Below, in pieces: positions 60,941-64,000 of a stretch of 64,000 bases of DNA (within the stretch, counting starts at the first letter, position 1; the number at the start of each line of letters is the position of its first letter). This DNA is from Acidimicrobiia bacterium. GTDB taxonomy: Bacteria > Actinomycetota > Acidimicrobiia > Spongiisociales > Spongiisociaceae. Under the pieces are notes generated by a model. It had not been told where the DNA came from and searched no databases. It saw nothing but the letters and a program-made list of their open reading frames with translations. The position numbers and the translations under genes are program-made. The DNA lies in contig JBFGLM010000011.1 of assembly GCA_041576165.1 (NCBI GenBank), positions 1 to 64,000 on the forward strand. The letters run 5' to 3'.

Positions 60941-60966
60941 CTGACATATTGTCAGACCCCTGTCAA
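60941..60966 (-). promoter_or_regulatory. MarR operator palindrome and TTGACA -35 box
   Basis: CTGACA-TAT-TGTCAG (60941-60955); TTGACA on the minus strand at 60966-60961. Confidence 0.75.
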
Positions 60967-61012
60967 GATTGGATTGCGCGCTTGCCCCGTGGCCAACACC
61001 TGCTTCGCTGGA

Positions 61013-61711
61013 CTACCGGATTGCGTCTGATATGAGGTGGCGCAGCGCCACCCGTTGGGTGCCGTCCGGCCCGAAGTTGGCCGGATCGAGCCACCGCAGA
61101 TAGGCGATGCGCAATATCGTCCACTCATGATCGAGGATCGAGTACCAGGCGTTGTCGCGGTTGCGCCCCTTGTAGACCAAGGCTTGCCGAAATGTGCCCT
61201 CGTAGGTGAAACCCAGGCGCTCGGCGGCCGAACGGGATTTGGCGTTGAGTGCATCGCATTTCCACTCGTAGCGCCGGTAGCCGGTCGTGAAGGCCCGGTC
61301 GGCCATCAGGTACATCGCCTCGGTGGCAGCCCTCGTACGGGCTAGGGAAGGCGCGTACGCGATCGCTCCCACCTCGACGACACCTCCGGCGGGATCGATG
61401 CGGAGATAGCAGGCCATTCCGCGCGGGATCCCATCCGGTGTCACAACGGCAAACCCGAGCCAGTCGGGCTGATCGGCGATCCACTCGATCAGGTCCTTCA
61501 ACTCGTCCTCCGCCATGAACGCGCCCCAACCCAAGTAGGTCCACATGCTCCCGTCGTCCTCGGAAAACGCATCGAACAGCGCCGGCCCGTGACCTTTCGT
61601 CAGCGGCTCCAACCGGCACCACCTCCCGCCGACCGCCTCCCACGGCGGCGGCGCCGCGCCCTCCCAGCCCGGCACCGGCCGTCCGACCGGTAACCCGAAG
61701 TCATTCGTCAC
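61013..61711 (-). CDS. GNAT acetyltransferase, RimJ/RimL type
   Basis: GYRRYEWKCDALN..SAAERLGFTYEGTFRQ..KGRNRDNAWYSI; GGAGG RBS before GTG 61711. Confidence 0.92.
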   Translation of the reverse strand: MTNDFGLPVGRPVPGWEGAAPPPWEAVGGRWCRLEPLTKGHGPALFDAFSEDDGSMWTYLGWGAFMAEDELKDLIEWIADQPDWLGFAVVTPDGIPRGMACYLRIDPAGGVVEVGAIAYAPSLARTRAATEAMYLMADRAFTTGYRRYEWKCDALNAKSRSAAERLGFTYEGTFRQALVYKGRNRDNAWYSILDHEWTILRIAYLRWLDPANFGPDGTQRVALRHLISDAIR

Positions 61712-61796
61712 GGCCTCCGAGCGTAACCACGCCCGGCCCACTCGTCTGGCACCGTCACCGACGTATGATCACGCCAACGACACCGGAGGACCGACC

Positions 61797-62819
61797 TTGC
61801 CAGCCGACCCTGTTGCCGAACTCGTCGAGTTGGGCTTCCCATGGCGCGGGCTCGACCCGTTCATCTTCACAGTGCATCACCGCGACGACTACCCGGCCGG
61901 CAACGACGCGCTGGGCCCAGCTGCACCGCTCGACGGCCGGCAACTCGGGGCCGACTTTTCGTACATGGAAGGCTGGAGCATGTACCACGGCATCACCGTG
62001 CCGGGGTTCCCTCAGCATCCGCACCGCGGATTCGAGACCGTGACGGTCGTCCGGCGCGGTTACGTCGACCACTCGGACTCGCTCGGCGCCACGGCCCGTT
62101 ACGGCCAGGGAGACGTCCAGTGGCTCACAACAGGCTCCGGCATCATGCACGCCGAGATGTTCCCGCTCTTAGACCCGGCCCGGCCCAACCCACTCGAGCT
62201 GTTCCAGATCTGGCTGAACCTGCCGCCAGCTTCGAAAATGGTGCCGGCGCATTTTGCGATGCTATGGAGCGAGGAGATCCCCACGATCCAACCAGCTCCG
62301 GGCATCTCCGTCGACGTGATCGCCGGCATGATCGACCAGCGGAGCGCTCCCCCTCCCCCGCCCGATTCCTGGGCGTCCGGCGCCGGAACCCACCTCGGAA
62401 TCTGGCTCATCCGGCTCGACCCCGGGGCGCGCTGGTCGCTGCCCACCGCTCCCGAACGGGTCAACCGGATGCTGCACTGCTTCCAGGGCGACGACGTTGC
62501 AGTCGAACGGACACGGTTCGGGGCGGGAGTGGGAGCGCGGCTGCGCGCCGACCTCACTGCGACCCTCGCCAATCACGGAGCACCGGCCGAATTCCTGCTG
62601 CTCCAGGGCGTGCCGATCGACGAGCCCGTATTCCAGCTGGGACCGTTTGTCATGAACACGCCCGAACAGCTGCAACAGGCGCTGGAGGACTACCGCCGAA
62701 CCCAATTCGGCGGATGGCCGTGGGCGCGGCCCGATCCGGTCCATGCCCGCACGGATGGCCGCTTCGCCCTCCATGCCGACGGCAGGGTGGAACATCGCGA
62801 CTTTCAGCCGGCCTCATAG
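61797..62819 (+). CDS. Pirin family protein
   Basis: GFPQHPHRGFETVT, GIMHAEMFP, FQIWLNLP, GPFVMNT. Confidence 0.93.
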   Translation: MPADPVAELVELGFPWRGLDPFIFTVHHRDDYPAGNDALGPAAPLDGRQLGADFSYMEGWSMYHGITVPGFPQHPHRGFETVTVVRRGYVDHSDSLGATARYGQGDVQWLTTGSGIMHAEMFPLLDPARPNPLELFQIWLNLPPASKMVPAHFAMLWSEEIPTIQPAPGISVDVIAGMIDQRSAPPPPPDSWASGAGTHLGIWLIRLDPGARWSLPTAPERVNRMLHCFQGDDVAVERTRFGAGVGARLRADLTATLANHGAPAEFLLLQGVPIDEPVFQLGPFVMNTPEQLQQALEDYRRTQFGGWPWARPDPVHARTDGRFALHADGRVEHRDFQPAS

Positions 62820-63187
62820 GTCCTCGCCCCCCCACCGATTCCGGCGCCAGCACCAGTACGCGTCGTGACCTTCATGGCTCTCGGCGGAGCCGGCATCGCG
62901 TGATGAAATGCCGCCGGCCGGTCTTCCGCTTGCGCCCAGCATCTATGCGCCCGCGCTCGGCAGCACCCCCCCAACTTCACCGGCCGGGGCGCCGCCAAAC
63001 CACCAGCAGCTGCCCTCCGTCTGCATGAGGTTCGACTAGGAATTCCGGTTTGACCGAGGTGATGCGATGACGTTGCCGGCGCGGTGGCGACGCTCCTGCC
63101 GGCCGGTATACCCGGTTCCACCGGCACGCACCGGGTGGCGGATGCCATCATTGCCGCCTGGAGTTCACCATAGGATCTGGTTATTCA

Positions 63188-64000
63188 ATGCGTGAAACTG
63201 TCACCTGCGGCGAGGCGACGATGCGGCTTCTGTCGGCATACGGCGTGGACACGGTGTTCGGTATCCCGGGTGTACATACGCTCGACTTTTCCCGGGGGCT
63301 CGCCCACGGGCCAATACGCCACATCCAGGCCCGCAACGAACAGGGCGCCGGCTTCATGGCCGATGGCTATGCCCGGGCCAGCGGCAGGGTGGGGGTAGCG
63401 CTCGTGATCTCCGGGCCGGGCGTGACCAACGCCCTCACCGCTATCGGGCAGTCCTGGGCAGACTCGATACCAGTTCTGTTGCTTTCGTCCGAGACGGCGA
63501 GCAGCACACACGGCAAAGGCTGGGGGATGCTGCACGAGATTCCCGACCAGCAGGCGGTGACTCGGCCGTTGACGGCGCTGAGCGCCCGGGCCCGCCACCC
63601 GTCTGAGGTGCCCGGCTTGATCGCGCAGGCCTTCACCGTCTTTGCTGTCGAACGCCCCCGGCCCGTCCACATTTCGATCCCGATCGACGTTTTGCCCCAG
63701 CCTGTGGCCGAGGAGTGGAAGGCCGTGCCGCTCCCGCCGCGCCCCCACCCTCAACCGGCGGCGATCGAGGCCGCAGCTGATCTGTTGCACCGGGCCAGCC
63801 GGCCCGTGATCATGGTTGGGGGTGGAGCTATCGGAGCCGCGGCGCCGCTCATTGAACTGGCGGAACGGCTGGGAGCGGTGGTCGTCTCCAGCACTGCCGG
63901 CAAAGGGATCGTGCCAGATGCGCATCCCCTGTCCCTCTCAGCCACGACCGGCCGGCCGGAGATCCACGGTTTCCTGTCTACGGCTGATGTTGTGCTCGCA
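63188..64000 (+). CDS. Thiamine-diphosphate-dependent enzyme (AruI-like 2-oxoacid decarboxylase); runs off the window
   Basis: Absent from the ORF track (no stop). MRETVTCGEA..GVDTVFGIPGVHTL..RNEQGAGFMADGYAR..GPGVTN..ADSIP..GKGWGMLHE. Confidence 0.88.
   Translation, partial: MRETVTCGEATMRLLSAYGVDTVFGIPGVHTLDFSRGLAHGPIRHIQARNEQGAGFMADGYARASGRVGVALVISGPGVTNALTAIGQSWADSIPVLLLSSETASSTHGKGWGMLHEIPDQQAVTRPLTALSARARHPSEVPGLIAQAFTVFAVERPRPVHISIPIDVLPQPVAEEWKAVPLPPRPHPQPAAIEAAADLLHRASRPVIMVGGGAIGAAAPLIELAERLGAVVVSSTAGKGIVPDAHPLSLSATTGRPEIHGFLSTADVVLA

Noticed and set aside
63185-63925. 246-aa minus-strand ORF
   Set aside because: Shadow of the plus-strand ThDP enzyme, which runs off the window.
1-64000. 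tRNA, rRNA, IS elements, prophage, known defence operons
   Set aside because: No T-loop or cloverleaf, rRNA signature, transposase, integrase or phage structural motif was recognised by eye; tRNAscan, ISEScan and DefenseFinder were not run.

Overview
This is high-GC bacterial DNA. Gene content (F420/DDN nitroreductase, LLM oxidoreductase, DinB/DUF664, LigC, BTAD-STAND regulator) and many leaderless TANNNT promoters point to an actinobacterium, probably Acidimicrobiia (inference). About 60 mostly small accessory genes cover stress, detoxification and transport. They include a five-gene MoxR-DUF58 operon, a probable extra ftsH, ligC, a pecS-pecM pair with three operators, a Rieske ferredoxin coupled to a GcoA-like P450, a GH13 glucan enzyme and two ABC systems. 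A 28-bp XerCD dif-like site at 6290-6317 suggests the window spans the chromosome terminus. At least six decayed genes with frameshifts, deletions or truncations are present. I saw no rRNA, tRNA, CRISPR array, transposase or integrase. The best leads are the dif site, the QE-type P450 with a stand-alone Rieske ferredoxin, a structured 5' leader ahead of an ankyrin gene, and a SARP-pseudokinase-STAND protein divergent from an HExxH protein. All calls come from reading motifs by eye; no database searches were run.
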